32,000 nt of DNA from Nostoc sp. PCC 7120 = FACHB-418 (GCF_000009705.1 NC_003272.1:450001-482000), one strand, 5' to 3'; shown: positions 16,679 through 25,514, counted from the first letter of the stretch. The notes: generated by a model from the sequence alone, not told the origin. Numbers and translations: made by a program.

Positions 16679-19228
16679 ATGAAACCCGGAAAAATCCTTT
16701 TTCTTCTCTTGCTCACAGGTTCTGTTTGGTCATTAATCAGCCATCCTGGCAAAACTCAGGAAGCCCCATCCCCAACACAACTAAATACACAATCACCAGC
16801 ACCTAACGCTCAGGAATTGACACAAGTAACTGGCGTGAGAGTTGTTCCTACAGTTCAAGGTCTAGAGGTGATATTAGATAGTACAGCCGCCGAAAAATTG
16901 CAGGTATCAACGCAAAATCAAGGCAATAGTTTGATTGCTGATATCACTAACGCTCAACTCAACTTGTCTGAGGGAAATACATTCAGCCAAAATAATCCAG
17001 CCACAGGTGTAACTAATGTGACTGTGGTTAATCACAATGACAATACAATCCGGGTGACTGTGACGGGAGAGAAAAGCCTTCCCAAATTTGAGCTATTCGA
17101 TAGTGATACAGGTTTGATTTTGGCATTCACGGCTACTGAAGTAGCTCAAGATTCCCCCGCAGAAGTAGATGAACCAATTGAACTGGTGGTGACAGCAACG
17201 CGTACCGAAACACCTATACAAAATGTTCCGCGTTCCATCACTGTCATTGACCGCGAACAAATCGCCGCACAAGCCAGCACTTCCCGCAACCTCATAGAAA
17301 TTCTGGGGAAAACAGTTCCCGGTTTAGCACCGCCAGCCCAAGGCGCTAGTAATTTTGGTCTAACTCTCAGGGGCAGGAATCCCCAAGTGTTGATTGATGG
17401 GGTTCCCCAATCGACAACCAGAAATGCGTCGCGGGATTTGCGAACAATTGACGCGGCGGCGATTGAACGAATTGAAGTAGTACGCGGCCCCAGTGCAATT
17501 TATGGTGATGGTGCAACAGGGGGTGTGATTAATATCATCACCAGGCGACCGACTGAAGAAAAATTAACTTCCCGGACAGAAGTTGGTGTAAGTGCAGCTT
17601 TAGGTAATTTGGAAGGGGACAGTTTTAGCACTAACCTACAGCATTTTATCTCCGCGAAACAAGGGAACTTTGATTTTACCTTTAACTTTGCAGTGGCTAA
17701 AAATGGCGGATTCTTTGATGCTCAAGGCGATCGCATTCCCTCTGATCCTAATGCCCAAGGTGGCTTTGCTGATGCTTCTAGTATTAACTTGTTTGGTAAG
17801 TTTGGTATTGATATAGACGCAAATCAACGTCTACAACTCACCTTTAATCGCTTCGACGAAAAACAAGATACAGATATCGCTAGTGACCCCAGGGTCAATA
17901 CTATCCCTGGAAGACAAAAGGCTCGTGCTTTAGAAGGGTTGAGTTTGGATGAAAGGCCAGGGAATGAGAACACATTCATCAACCTGCAATACACCCATGA
18001 CGATTTATTCAATAGCAAACTACAAGCCCAGTTATATTACCGGGATTACCTGACACGCTTCTTTCCCTTTGATGGTCGTAGCTTTGCTAGTTTGGGTAAC
18101 GAAATCTTTCAATCGCGGGTGGAGTCAGAAAAGTATGGCGGACGCTTGCAGATAGAAACACCTTTATTTAATCAAGGTGCGGCCAAACTACTTTGGGGTG
18201 TAGATTACTCCCAGGAAGATACCTCCCAACCTGTCTCTGTATTCGACCAAGCTGCCTTTGTCGCCAGTGGGGGGTTAGCATTTCGTAAAACAGGCGATCG
18301 CTCTTGGACTCCTCCTTTAGAATTAAGGAGTCTGGGATTATTCGCTCAGTTGAATTGGGAAATAAGCGATCGCTTCGTCTTCAATGGTGGTGTACGCTAC
18401 GAAAACGCTGATGTAAGTGTCAATGATTTCCGCACCTTAGCCAATCCCAACGTCACTATTGGCGGCGGTGATTTGAACTTTAACGCCACACTGTTTAATG
18501 TAGGAGCAGTATACGCCCTCAATCCCCAACTGAGTGTATTTGCTAACTATGCTCAAGGTTTCTCACTATCAGATATTGGTTTAGCACTCCGCAACGCCCC
18601 ACCAGGATTTTCTGTAGAATCTCTCAATCCCGAACCGCAAAAAGTAGATAACTATGAAATTGGCATTCGCGGACAATGGGATACTGTACAAGCATCACTC
18701 TCAGCTTTTTATAACGAGTCCGACTTGGGTACAACTTTCACCGCGCCGGGGACTGTCATCCGCGCCCCAGAGAGAATTTATGGTCTAGAAGCAGCCATTG
18801 ACGCACAACCTAGTTCTACATGGCAAGTTGGCGGGACATTCACTCTCATTGGTGGTGAAATTGACAGCAATAATGATGGCGATTACGAATCATTAGATGG
18901 GTTTAGGATTCCCCCGTTGAAACTTACAGCCTATGTAGAAAATGAGACTTTACCCGGTTGGCGAAATCGTCTACAAGCTTTGTACTCTGGTAATAGAGAA
19001 GTCTTTGGTAATAACAATACGGCCTTTGGTAGGAGACCTGTAGAAAGTTATTTAACAGTAGACTACATCAGTAGTATTAAACTCGGTGCCGGAACATTAC
19101 AACTGGGATTAGAAAACCTATTTAATAGTCAATATTTCCCCGTAGTTTCCCAATTGCAAGCAAATGATAGCGCCTATGCTGCTGCTAGAGGAAGGACTTT
19201 GAGTATTAAGTATTCTTTTGATTGGTAA
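16679..19228 (+). CDS. schT: TonB-dependent hydroxamate-siderophore outer-membrane receptor with an N-terminal AMIN-like domain
   Basis: Signal peptide from ATG at 16679 (MKPGKILFLLLLTGSVWSLIS); the track ORF starts at 16625. An AMIN-like segment follows (VTGVRVVPTVQGLEVILDS...TIRVTVTG). Then come a plug domain (IELVVTATRTETPIQNVPRSITVI, RIEVVRGPSAIYG) and a 22-strand barrel ending ...LSIKYSFDW. The symbol rests on remembered similarity to Anabaena alr0397. Confidence 0.85.
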   Translation: MKPGKILFLLLLTGSVWSLISHPGKTQEAPSPTQLNTQSPAPNAQELTQVTGVRVVPTVQGLEVILDSTAAEKLQVSTQNQGNSLIADITNAQLNLSEGNTFSQNNPATGVTNVTVVNHNDNTIRVTVTGEKSLPKFELFDSDTGLILAFTATEVAQDSPAEVDEPIELVVTATRTETPIQNVPRSITVIDREQIAAQASTSRNLIEILGKTVPGLAPPAQGASNFGLTLRGRNPQVLIDGVPQSTTRNASRDLRTIDAAAIERIEVVRGPSAIYGDGATGGVINIITRRPTEEKLTSRTEVGVSAALGNLEGDSFSTNLQHFISAKQGNFDFTFNFAVAKNGGFFDAQGDRIPSDPNAQGGFADASSINLFGKFGIDIDANQRLQLTFNRFDEKQDTDIASDPRVNTIPGRQKARALEGLSLDERPGNENTFINLQYTHDDLFNSKLQAQLYYRDYLTRFFPFDGRSFASLGNEIFQSRVESEKYGGRLQIETPLFNQGAAKLLWGVDYSQEDTSQPVSVFDQAAFVASGGLAFRKTGDRSWTPPLELRSLGLFAQLNWEISDRFVFNGGVRYENADVSVNDFRTLANPNVTIGGGDLNFNATLFNVGAVYALNPQLSVFANYAQGFSLSDIGLALRNAPPGFSVESLNPEPQKVDNYEIGIRGQWDTVQASLSAFYNESDLGTTFTAPGTVIRAPERIYGLEAAIDAQPSSTWQVGGTFTLIGGEIDSNNDGDYESLDGFRIPPLKLTAYVENETLPGWRNRLQALYSGNREVFGNNNTAFGRRPVESYLTVDYISSIKLGAGTLQLGLENLFNSQYFPVVSQLQANDSAYAAARGRTLSIKYSFDW

Positions 19229-19253
19229 ATTCTTTTCTTGATGAAGTAACTGA

Positions 19254-19285
19254 GGGAGGCGGAAAGCTTGATCATCCGCACTCCC
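19254..19285 (+). terminator. Possible terminator hairpin after the receptor gene
   Basis: GGGAGGCGGA-aagcttgatca-TCCGC(a)CTCCC lies 26 nt after the stop. No U-tract follows, so support is weak. Confidence 0.3.
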
Positions 19286-19419
19286 AAATGAATCAATTCA
19301 AAATTCAAAATACCAATATTCAAATCTCATACATTACAGTGCAACTTTGAAAATTTTCGCTCCTCATTACTGAGCGTCCCAAGCTATCAGTACGTTCTGT
19401 AAATGAAAAACGTTGACCA

Positions 19420-19683
19420 TCAAGCATTAGCTATTGACTGAGACTCAGCTAAAAGGTCTGATAAGGCTTGAACTGAGGTAGAATCGGCTTGTGGAGACCA
19501 CACAACTGCTTGGGTTGATGCAAGTTGCTTGAGAAGGTCTTGTTTGGTTGCTTCATCATCATTATTAAGCTCCAAGGTACACCCATCTTCTCTGGCTAGC
19601 TCAAGCAGAAGAAAATGAATCAAGCGTAATTTATCCTGATGAGACAGCTGATTAATGGTAGGTAAAATTTCTTGGAGTGACAT
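19420..19683 (-). CDS. Small acidic helical hypothetical protein (87 aa from MSLQEILPTINQLSHQDKLRLIHFLLLELAREDG...)
   Basis: An internal ATG at 19683 begins a sequence typical of small cyanobacterial antitoxin-like orphans. The 40 codons upstream in the track ORF (19684-19803) look like a separate decayed gene start. Confidence 0.4.
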   Translation of the reverse strand: MSLQEILPTINQLSHQDKLRLIHFLLLELAREDGCTLELNNDDEATKQDLLKQLASTQAVVWSPQADSTSVQALSDLLAESQSIANA

Positions 19684-19803
19684 ACCACAGAGTTTAAAAG
19701 GTATAGCCTCTATTTTATCCCAGTAACATTTTGCATAAACAGTATTTTTATGAGATTGTGAATAGCGATCGCCTCCACGGTCAGTGTCGCTAATGACAAT
19801 CAC
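19684..19803 (-). pseudogene. Possible remnant of a DUF3368 (PIN-like) toxin gene start
   Basis: The GTG start overlaps the UPF0175 stop (GTGA). It encodes (M)IVISDT, matching my recollection of the N-termini of DUF3368 partners of UPF0175. Similarity is lost immediately afterwards, at a HIP1 site (19766-19773). Confidence 0.3.
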
Positions 19804-20048
19804 AATCGCCCCAACTCCTGTAAGTTTTTCAAATCCAACTCAAAATCTTCAACATCATAGGAATACAGCGCAATTTTTCGCTGTTTCAGCAGTTGGCGAA
19901 ACGCATTGAGGGGCATATCTGCTAAACGGCTGGTATAGCCAAGGGTTAAACGACCACTTTGAAACAGATATATGGCAATTTCTTGGCGAAACTCACTTGG
20001 TGTCAGTTGTGAGGCTTGCAGGATTTCATCTGAGATGACAACGCTCAT
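19800..20048 (-). CDS. UPF0175-family antitoxin-like protein
   Basis: 82 aa: MSVVISDEILQASQLTPSEFRQEIAIYLFQSGRLTLGYTSRLADMPLNAFRQLLKQRKI... This is the typical UPF0175 helix-turn-helix pattern (..L..G..S.G.AA.LAG....F...L....I). Confidence 0.7.
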   Translation of the reverse strand: MSVVISDEILQASQLTPSEFRQEIAIYLFQSGRLTLGYTSRLADMPLNAFRQLLKQRKIALYSYDVEDFELDLKNLQELGRL

Positions 20049-20216
20049 AAGAAAACTAACTTAAAGATCACCCTTTCATTTTAATCTGGGCGATCAGCTA
20101 CGCTGGGCGGTTACGCCATCGCTTCCACAGTCAGAGTCTTAAATGCGATCGTACTTTTGCTCCGTGCTGGGTTTCTTGTCGTTAACCTAGCCTATTGCGA
20201 TAAGCGATCGCAATAA

Positions 20217-21059
20217 TTAGCCATTTCCAATATTAATTTCAATAGAAAATTTCACACTATTCGCTGCTATATTTATTACATCTTGTCTGCGGTCTCCAGC
20301 AAAACCAGCTACTAATATTTCTGAGAACCAATACCAAAGCGGCATACAATTAGGCAGAATGTCCTCTAATTTTGCATCTTTACTTTTGTTTATCTGAGCT
20401 TCTACAGCTAGGGCTGGCACAACTAAAACTCCACTGATAGAATCTATTTGACTATCTGATAGAAGTGGAAACCAGATTTCATCACATCCAAAGTGTCCCA
20501 TATCCCATATTGGAGACGAACACTCTTTCCCAGTATCAATAAATGCAGTAGGTATTAATGAATAATCAATATCAAGCAAGCACGAGGGAGTAAAAATAAA
20601 ATAGAATGAGCTAGGAGTAATATCAAGCATTAAACTGCTTTGAGTTTTCTTCTCCAAACCAACTTCATGATAAAAGTCATCTATTTGACCATTCACATCA
20701 ACTCTCTTGCATTGAATGAGGCAACTATATTCTATTTCCGACCGACTATTATTTTGATTTATCCGACGTTTAATGATTAGACCAATATCTGCTCCTGTTT
20801 TATTTTCTTTTGTAGACTTTCGGATATTAGTGTTTAGATAGATGTTCTGATCTCGTAACAACCCAATAACACTTCCCCAAACATTTTCTAATGATGAAGT
20901 ATCCAAGGCATCTACCAAATACTCTGTAAAGGCACGTTCATCTATATTTTGTTTTGAACCTTTGATCCGGTTGTTTAATCTTCTCGCTATTACAGATGAA
21001 ATAGTGAGACAAGGTTGGGAAAGCAACTGTTTGACCTCATCTGTTAACCAAGAATCCAT
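20217..21059 (-). CDS. Orphan hypothetical protein with a PD-(D/E)xK-like nuclease motif arrangement
   Basis: 280-aa ORF, clearly more AT-rich than its neighbours and without HIP1 sites. The motif order is ERAFTEYLVDAL (helix with E), TGADIGLII (strand with D), then CLIQCKR (QxK). I recognise no family for the C-terminal 150 aa. Confidence 0.5.
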   Translation of the reverse strand: MDSWLTDEVKQLLSQPCLTISSVIARRLNNRIKGSKQNIDERAFTEYLVDALDTSSLENVWGSVIGLLRDQNIYLNTNIRKSTKENKTGADIGLIIKRRINQNNSRSEIEYSCLIQCKRVDVNGQIDDFYHEVGLEKKTQSSLMLDITPSSFYFIFTPSCLLDIDYSLIPTAFIDTGKECSSPIWDMGHFGCDEIWFPLLSDSQIDSISGVLVVPALAVEAQINKSKDAKLEDILPNCMPLWYWFSEILVAGFAGDRRQDVINIAANSVKFSIEINIGNG

Positions 21060-21329
21060 AATTTTTTACAGGTAAATTGACTGAATTTTACAGTATAACA
21101 ACAGTCAGATTTATTTTAAGGAAACTAAACATAAGCTAAATATAATTACTTGTTTTTCTTTCAAAGTTTTCCCTATAGATAATCCTCACTTTTCCTTTCA
21201 ACTTCCTCTTCCGAAGTACAATGATTGTGAACACAATTGATTCGTTATGGTTGGCGATCGCTTAACTCATTGTTACATAAGTGTCATTCCACCTGATTTA
21301 TTGCCCAAGCAGAAACACATAGCGAAAAG

Positions 21330-21354
21330 TTGAGCGTGGGTTTCCTGCGCTCAA
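21330..21354 (-). terminator. Hairpin (TTGAGCG-11 nt-CGCTCAA) followed by CTTTTCGC on the minus strand, downstream of the 63-aa ORF
   Basis: Read directly: a 7-bp stem and a short T-run on the transcribed (minus) strand, about 37 nt after the stop at 21391. Confidence 0.4.
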
Positions 21355-21390
21355 GACTTTTCAAAACCGAGTTTTTCTTATTGGATGAAT

Positions 21391-21582
21391 TTAAAATAGC
21401 TTGAAGCCGAAGTTATTGAGAGTTTCACGCAAATTTTTGCAGCCTTTGAGATAGTCTAGGGTGGCGATTATCTCGGCGGAGTGTTCTGACCAATCACCAG
21501 CGACGTTCATGTTTTGTTCGGTGTAGAACTGTTTCATAATATCGTTGTAACGAGCGATGTCTGGCGACAAGCCGCTTCGCAT
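21391..21582 (-). CDS. Small hypothetical ORF (63 aa), possibly a gene fragment
   Basis: Open frame with ATG at 21582 (TTG at 21585) and a terminator-like hairpin downstream. No recognisable family and no clear SD. Confidence 0.3.
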   Translation of the reverse strand: MRSGLSPDIARYNDIMKQFYTEQNMNVAGDWSEHSAEIIATLDYLKGCKNLRETLNNFGFKLF

Positions 21583-21951
21583 CAACGCATCTTCTTGTTC
21601 TTCTCAAATAGGTTCTATAGAGTTAGAATCTAAGTTTAGAGTACAAAAGTACTGTATAAATTAAACATAAGCAAATATAGGGGTATAAATGTTTGAAACC
21701 CCTACACCCCTAAACCCGGTCTCAACAAAAAATCTGGGTGCGTAAGTCCTATAAATTTGGTTAAACAAAAATTCATATAAACAAATATAAAATTAATCAT
21801 AATTAAAGAATTTTTTGCTTAATCAAACTAATACATTTATCTTTGCATTTGTTAACACAAACCGTGGCTTTATATTGCAGTTTGTTACCATCTTGTATGG
21901 ACTTGAGGAATATTCCTTTAGACTGAATCTCAATGGCAAAAATTGGGATGA

Positions 21952-22284
21952 ATGCAGATGCACGGAGTTAATTTCTTGTGTCATGGGTTTGTAGTTGCTG
22001 TATCCTTTGTGGCTTGCATTGCTGGCTTGATGTTGCTGTGGGATAGCAAAGGTACAAAAGATGATGAACGGGAAGAAACCGAGAAAATTCTATTTAGAAT
22101 GAGCTTTAGTTATTGGCTAGTTTATTGTGTGGCATTTGGTTTGGAAAAGTTGGTTTTCCCTAACTATGAGCCAATGATCATGACATTGAAAATAACTACG
22201 GCTTTGTCATATTTTTTAACTTTTTCTTGTATATTGAGTCTGCCACTACATAGATTTGCAGTACGCCAAGAAGTTCAGGATTAG
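21952..22284 (+). CDS. Small hypothetical membrane protein (about 3 TM segments)
   Basis: 110 aa with hydrophobic stretches FVVAVSFVACIAGLMLLW, YWLVYCVAFGL and ALSYFLTFSCILSL. It sits in an AT-rich context and matches no family I recognise. Confidence 0.35.
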   Translation: MQMHGVNFLCHGFVVAVSFVACIAGLMLLWDSKGTKDDEREETEKILFRMSFSYWLVYCVAFGLEKLVFPNYEPMIMTLKITTALSYFLTFSCILSLPLHRFAVRQEVQD

Positions 22285-22325
22285 TCATTAGTCACTAGTC
22301 ATGTGGACTATTGACTATGGACTAT
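22282..22325. repeat. STRR heptamer arrays (TAGTCAT/TAGTCAC x3, then GGACTAT/TGACTAT x3)
   Basis: Read directly. The array begins at the stop codon of the 110-aa ORF. Confidence 0.8.
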
Positions 22326-22355
22326 GAAGGGAATTTACTTTTTGATGGCGATGGG

Positions 22356-22685
22356 CTACGCCCTACCGCAGGCGATCGCAATCATCGCTTCCAGTGTATC
22401 CTGAGCAAGAGGCGTTAAAATAAACACCTCTTGCACTGTTTTACCCTGTCGGGCAATAATTTTATAGCCACCACGAATAGGTACAGATATACGCAGTTGC
22501 ATTTTGGGGGAGTGGCCTTTAACTCTACCAATAACCCCTGGTGTGATGGTTTGAATGCCATCTTGTTGACACAGGCGTTCTAAAATAGGTATCAGGCCGG
22601 GAATGTGGGTAGAATGATTCCAAACTAATCTACCATCCTTTTTACGAGAGACAGGCTTTTGGTGGTCGGAGGAGGATTTACCCAT
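22356..22685 (-). CDS. Conserved small cyanobacterial hypothetical protein immediately downstream of clpS (possibly DUF2103-like)
   Basis: ATG at 22685 (MGKSSSDHQKPVSRKKDGRLVWNHSTHIPGL...) lies 5 nt after the clpS stop. The longer track ORF (to 22778) would overlap clpS by 88 nt. The family assignment is from memory only. Confidence 0.5.
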   Translation of the reverse strand: MGKSSSDHQKPVSRKKDGRLVWNHSTHIPGLIPILERLCQQDGIQTITPGVIGRVKGHSPKMQLRISVPIRGGYKIIARQGKTVQEVFILTPLAQDTLEAMIAIACGRA

Positions 22686-22690
22686 GATAG

Positions 22691-23017
22691 TTAAGCCGCC
22701 TCTAGGGGAGCCATTGTTAGCCCAGCCCGGCGCAATTGTTGGTGATACAATTCTGCGGGTTCTTGCGGCCCTACCCAAACGATCGCTTGTCCCTCATAAT
22801 GTACTTGATTAGTCAAATCCCAAGCTAAATCGCCAGTCATACCCGGAATATACTTCACCAAACACTCCGCAACGTGTTGAAAAGTATTAAAATCATCATT
22901 TAACACAATCACCTTGTAATTGGGATAAGTCTTGCGGACAGTTTGATTAGACCGTTCAGGAGTTACAGTTGGTGCTGTACTCATGGCGTAAACATCTATC
23001 GAAAGTTTTGTAACCAT
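22691..23017 (-). CDS. clpS: ATP-dependent Clp protease adaptor ClpS
   Basis: YKVIVLNDDFNTFQHVAECLVKYIPGMT...QVHYEGQAIVWVGPQEPAELYHQQL is the canonical ClpS core. An alternative start is ATG at 22984 (MSTAPTV...). Confidence 0.9.
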   Translation of the reverse strand: MVTKLSIDVYAMSTAPTVTPERSNQTVRKTYPNYKVIVLNDDFNTFQHVAECLVKYIPGMTGDLAWDLTNQVHYEGQAIVWVGPQEPAELYHQQLRRAGLTMAPLEAA

Positions 23018-23095
23018 AGAACAGTTAACCAGAGAAATTTTACAAAACTAAACTACAACTAAATAGTTTAGTCCATTGTTAGTGGTCAGTGGTGA

Positions 23096-23136
23096 GGCAG
23101 TGCGTTGGGAGGGTTCCCCGACTTGTAGCAACTGCC
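23096..23136 (+). repeat. Small dispersed hairpin repeat (stem GGCAGT/ACTGCC, loop GCGTTGGGAGGGTTCCCCGACTTGTAGCA)
   Basis: Same loop family as 14576-14618 and 25515-25555, with a different but still complementary stem. Confidence 0.75.
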
Positions 23137-23201
23137 TGTAGCGCAGCGTTAGCGTTCGCGCAGCGTCTCGTAGAGAGGAACGAGCGTCATCCGTAAGGGT
23201 T

Positions 23202-23236
23202 AGTTGTCGGTTGATAGTTGACAGTTGACAGTTGAC
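23202..23236. repeat. STRR heptamer array (AGTTGTC GGTTGAT AGTTGAC x3)
   Basis: Read directly, between the oxidoreductase stop and clpS. Confidence 0.8.
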
Positions 23237-23247
23237 GGGGTGGAATC

Positions 23248-25278
23248 TTACCGCCAATTCTCCCAATTTTGATTAAAAATGGAAGTATCTGGGAAAGCTG
23301 TGGGATTGCCGTTTTTTTCTAATAAACGTTTGAGGGCTTGCAGTTGAGGTTCTGATTTGGGTAAATCGTCTACTAATTGGTAAGGTGCAACTTCATTTTT
23401 TAAAGAGAAAGCGGCTACAGTTCCCGCCGCCGCACCAGCAGACCATTCAAAGGAATGTACTCGATAAGCTGCGGCTGCAATGTGGCTAGTGGCAATACTT
23501 TTACCCCCGACTATCAAATTATCGATTTTTTGAGGAATCATGGCTCTTAAGGCAATTTGGAAGGGATAGGCTTGTCCTGCACCCCGTCGTTCCCCCGGAC
23601 GTTCTCTATTTCCGGGTGCTTCTGGTGGACTTTTCTCCATACAGGGATGAAAATCAATGGCGTAGTGACCAATACCGACAGCATCAGGGAAAATGGTGGA
23701 ACGAGTCCGCCGCATCGCTTTATCGGGGGAAACTTGACCAGAAATCACTGAAGTTGCCTCTAACCCTGCTAATGTCGCTCTCAACTGGCGATACATATCG
23801 GCTGGCAAGGTTTTGCGGTAGTATTCATCGTTATAGTTACGGCGAGAAATATCAACTTCCCAAATAGTGAAACCTGTGGGTTGTCCCCAACTGGGGCGGC
23901 CGATGATGCGCCTTCCTTCCCGCATATAAGGATATTTCGATAAGCCATGTGCTGTCCCCATAGGGGAGTCTAACCCGGCTAAAAAGCGATTATTAGTTTG
24001 GGGACGCTTCACACCTTGACCTAATTGGGAATCTGTGGTTCCCGCTACTAACCAGTAATAGTAAGAAAAGGCTTTTTCTTCAGCTTTGCGGAGGCTTTCG
24101 GTTCGCAGTCCCCCCATCCAACCACCTGGTTTTAACTGTCCTGTTCCTTGTAGCTGTTGGCGGGTGTAAACTAGGTTATCTTTGGCAGTACCGGGGCGAT
24201 AGTCGTTACCCCAAGTCCAGTTCTGCATGGAGATATCCCCTGGTGTGGGGGCAGAAAATCTCACGCCGTTGAAATTTACAGGTTCTCCCTTCGTTGGACT
24301 CCAAATGCGGCGGTAGGTAAAAACTAAGCCAAAGTCAGCTAATCTTGGTAATTCGTAGCTGAAATAGGGCGAATATTGTAAATAATATGGCGGCATTTTC
24401 TGGGGTTGTGCTTCCTTGGTAGCCTCCATTGCAAAGGTGTAAGTAAAGCCTTGGGTACAATAGGGGTCATTTTTGGCGCTGGAGGAAGAAGGTTCCAGAA
24501 AGGAACGGGCATCAATACCTAAGCGGTAAGGGACATCAGCCAGGGCGATAATTTCCCCGGTTTCACTGGCATCTACGATGTACCATTTAGGACTATTTTC
24601 CTTAGTTTGTTGGGGAACTAGGCGAATAATATTTTTGGTAAACCGGGATGAGTTGCTATAACGATAGGCATCGTCAATGGTTTGTGATAGGGTAAAGGTG
24701 TTGAGAGGTGGTGAGCCTTTGACTGGTTGATGTTGAATAGCGATCGCGCTATTAATTAATTTACCCTGAGAAATTTCTAAATCTTTAATTACTGTGTTGG
24801 GGAACCACTCTAACTTACCCTTACCCCGCCTTTCTGCATCTTTGAGCAATTCCACCATCACCGTATGGGCATCACGGGGCAAAAAACAGGAATCACTCAC
24901 CCAGCAGTCTCCGGGATTGAGCTTACCGTATTTTTTCTGAATGCGATTACGCAATTCCAAATAGCCGCGAGAATAGAATTGACGTTGGCTTTGGGTAGGT
25001 CGTTCATCTAAAGCCGAGGTTCCTTGAGAGGAAATCTGTCCACCCAACCAATCAGTAATTTCTGTTAGGCAAACTCTTCTACCAGCCAATAAACCTTCAT
25101 AAGCTGTAGCAACCCCAGAAAGTCCGCCACCCACCACTAAAATGTCACAGTTGACAGTTTTATCTGGGTTTCTCGGTGGAGCAGCGACAATTGCAGAATT
25201 AGGTATCAGGTAGCCAGAGATTAAGCTGAGACTGATGAGTGATGTCTGGAGACAGGCTACTTTATGTCTGCGCTTCAT
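23248..25278 (-). CDS. Secreted FAD-dependent oxidoreductase (FAD_oxidored/PF12831-like)
   Basis: ATG at 25278 gives MKRRHKVACLQTSLISLSLISGYLIPNSAIVAAPP, a Sec-type signal. The dinucleotide motif is DILVVGGGLSGVATAYEGLLAGRRVCLTE..WLGGQ. Total length is about 676 aa. Confidence 0.7.
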   Translation of the reverse strand: MKRRHKVACLQTSLISLSLISGYLIPNSAIVAAPPRNPDKTVNCDILVVGGGLSGVATAYEGLLAGRRVCLTEITDWLGGQISSQGTSALDERPTQSQRQFYSRGYLELRNRIQKKYGKLNPGDCWVSDSCFLPRDAHTVMVELLKDAERRGKGKLEWFPNTVIKDLEISQGKLINSAIAIQHQPVKGSPPLNTFTLSQTIDDAYRYSNSSRFTKNIIRLVPQQTKENSPKWYIVDASETGEIIALADVPYRLGIDARSFLEPSSSSAKNDPYCTQGFTYTFAMEATKEAQPQKMPPYYLQYSPYFSYELPRLADFGLVFTYRRIWSPTKGEPVNFNGVRFSAPTPGDISMQNWTWGNDYRPGTAKDNLVYTRQQLQGTGQLKPGGWMGGLRTESLRKAEEKAFSYYYWLVAGTTDSQLGQGVKRPQTNNRFLAGLDSPMGTAHGLSKYPYMREGRRIIGRPSWGQPTGFTIWEVDISRRNYNDEYYRKTLPADMYRQLRATLAGLEATSVISGQVSPDKAMRRTRSTIFPDAVGIGHYAIDFHPCMEKSPPEAPGNRERPGERRGAGQAYPFQIALRAMIPQKIDNLIVGGKSIATSHIAAAAYRVHSFEWSAGAAAGTVAAFSLKNEVAPYQLVDDLPKSEPQLQALKRLLEKNGNPTAFPDTSIFNQNWENWR

Positions 25279-25514
25279 GATATGAGGACTCTTTCTACTC
25301 TTGTGCGAACTTGTAGACGTTACCATCTTCTAAAGGTTCTCTACAAGACGGGGTAGGGAGCAGAGAGCAGGGGGAGAAAGATTTTCAGCCTTCTTTACTT
25401 TCATTCACGCAGTTTGGTTTTATTACACTGACTTAAGTAGAACGACCTGAAAAAACCAAATATGTTAAATAATATACAGAACTTATACTTAATTCTTGGA
25501 ATACACGTAGGGGA

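Noticed and set aside
21122-21681. Imperfect direct repeat AA(C/T)TAAACATAAGC(T)AAATATA at 21122-21147 and 21657-21681, bracketing the 63-aa ORF; possible insertion-site duplication
   Set aside because: The exact matches are only 11 and 7 nt long, in very AT-rich low-complexity DNA. No inverted repeats, integrase or transposase are present. Chance cannot be excluded without genome-wide statistics.
21690-21716. GTTTGAAACCCCTACACCCCTAAACCC as a possible lone CRISPR repeat or leader remnant
   Set aside because: There is a single copy, no spacer-repeat periodicity and no cas genes. It more likely belongs to the dispersed-repeat background.
22686-22778. Long version of the 140-aa ORF overlapping clpS by 88 nt
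   Set aside because: An internal ATG at 22685 starts 5 nt after the clpS stop and removes the overlap. The extension (MGRAARTRRIVSPTIAPGW...) looks like an off-frame translation of clpS.
23048-23266. 72-aa ORF between clpS and the oxidoreductase; likewise the 66-aa ORF at 25401..25601
   Set aside because: Both consist almost entirely of dispersed hairpin repeats and STRR heptamers that recur in non-coding contexts. They have no SD and no coding-like composition.
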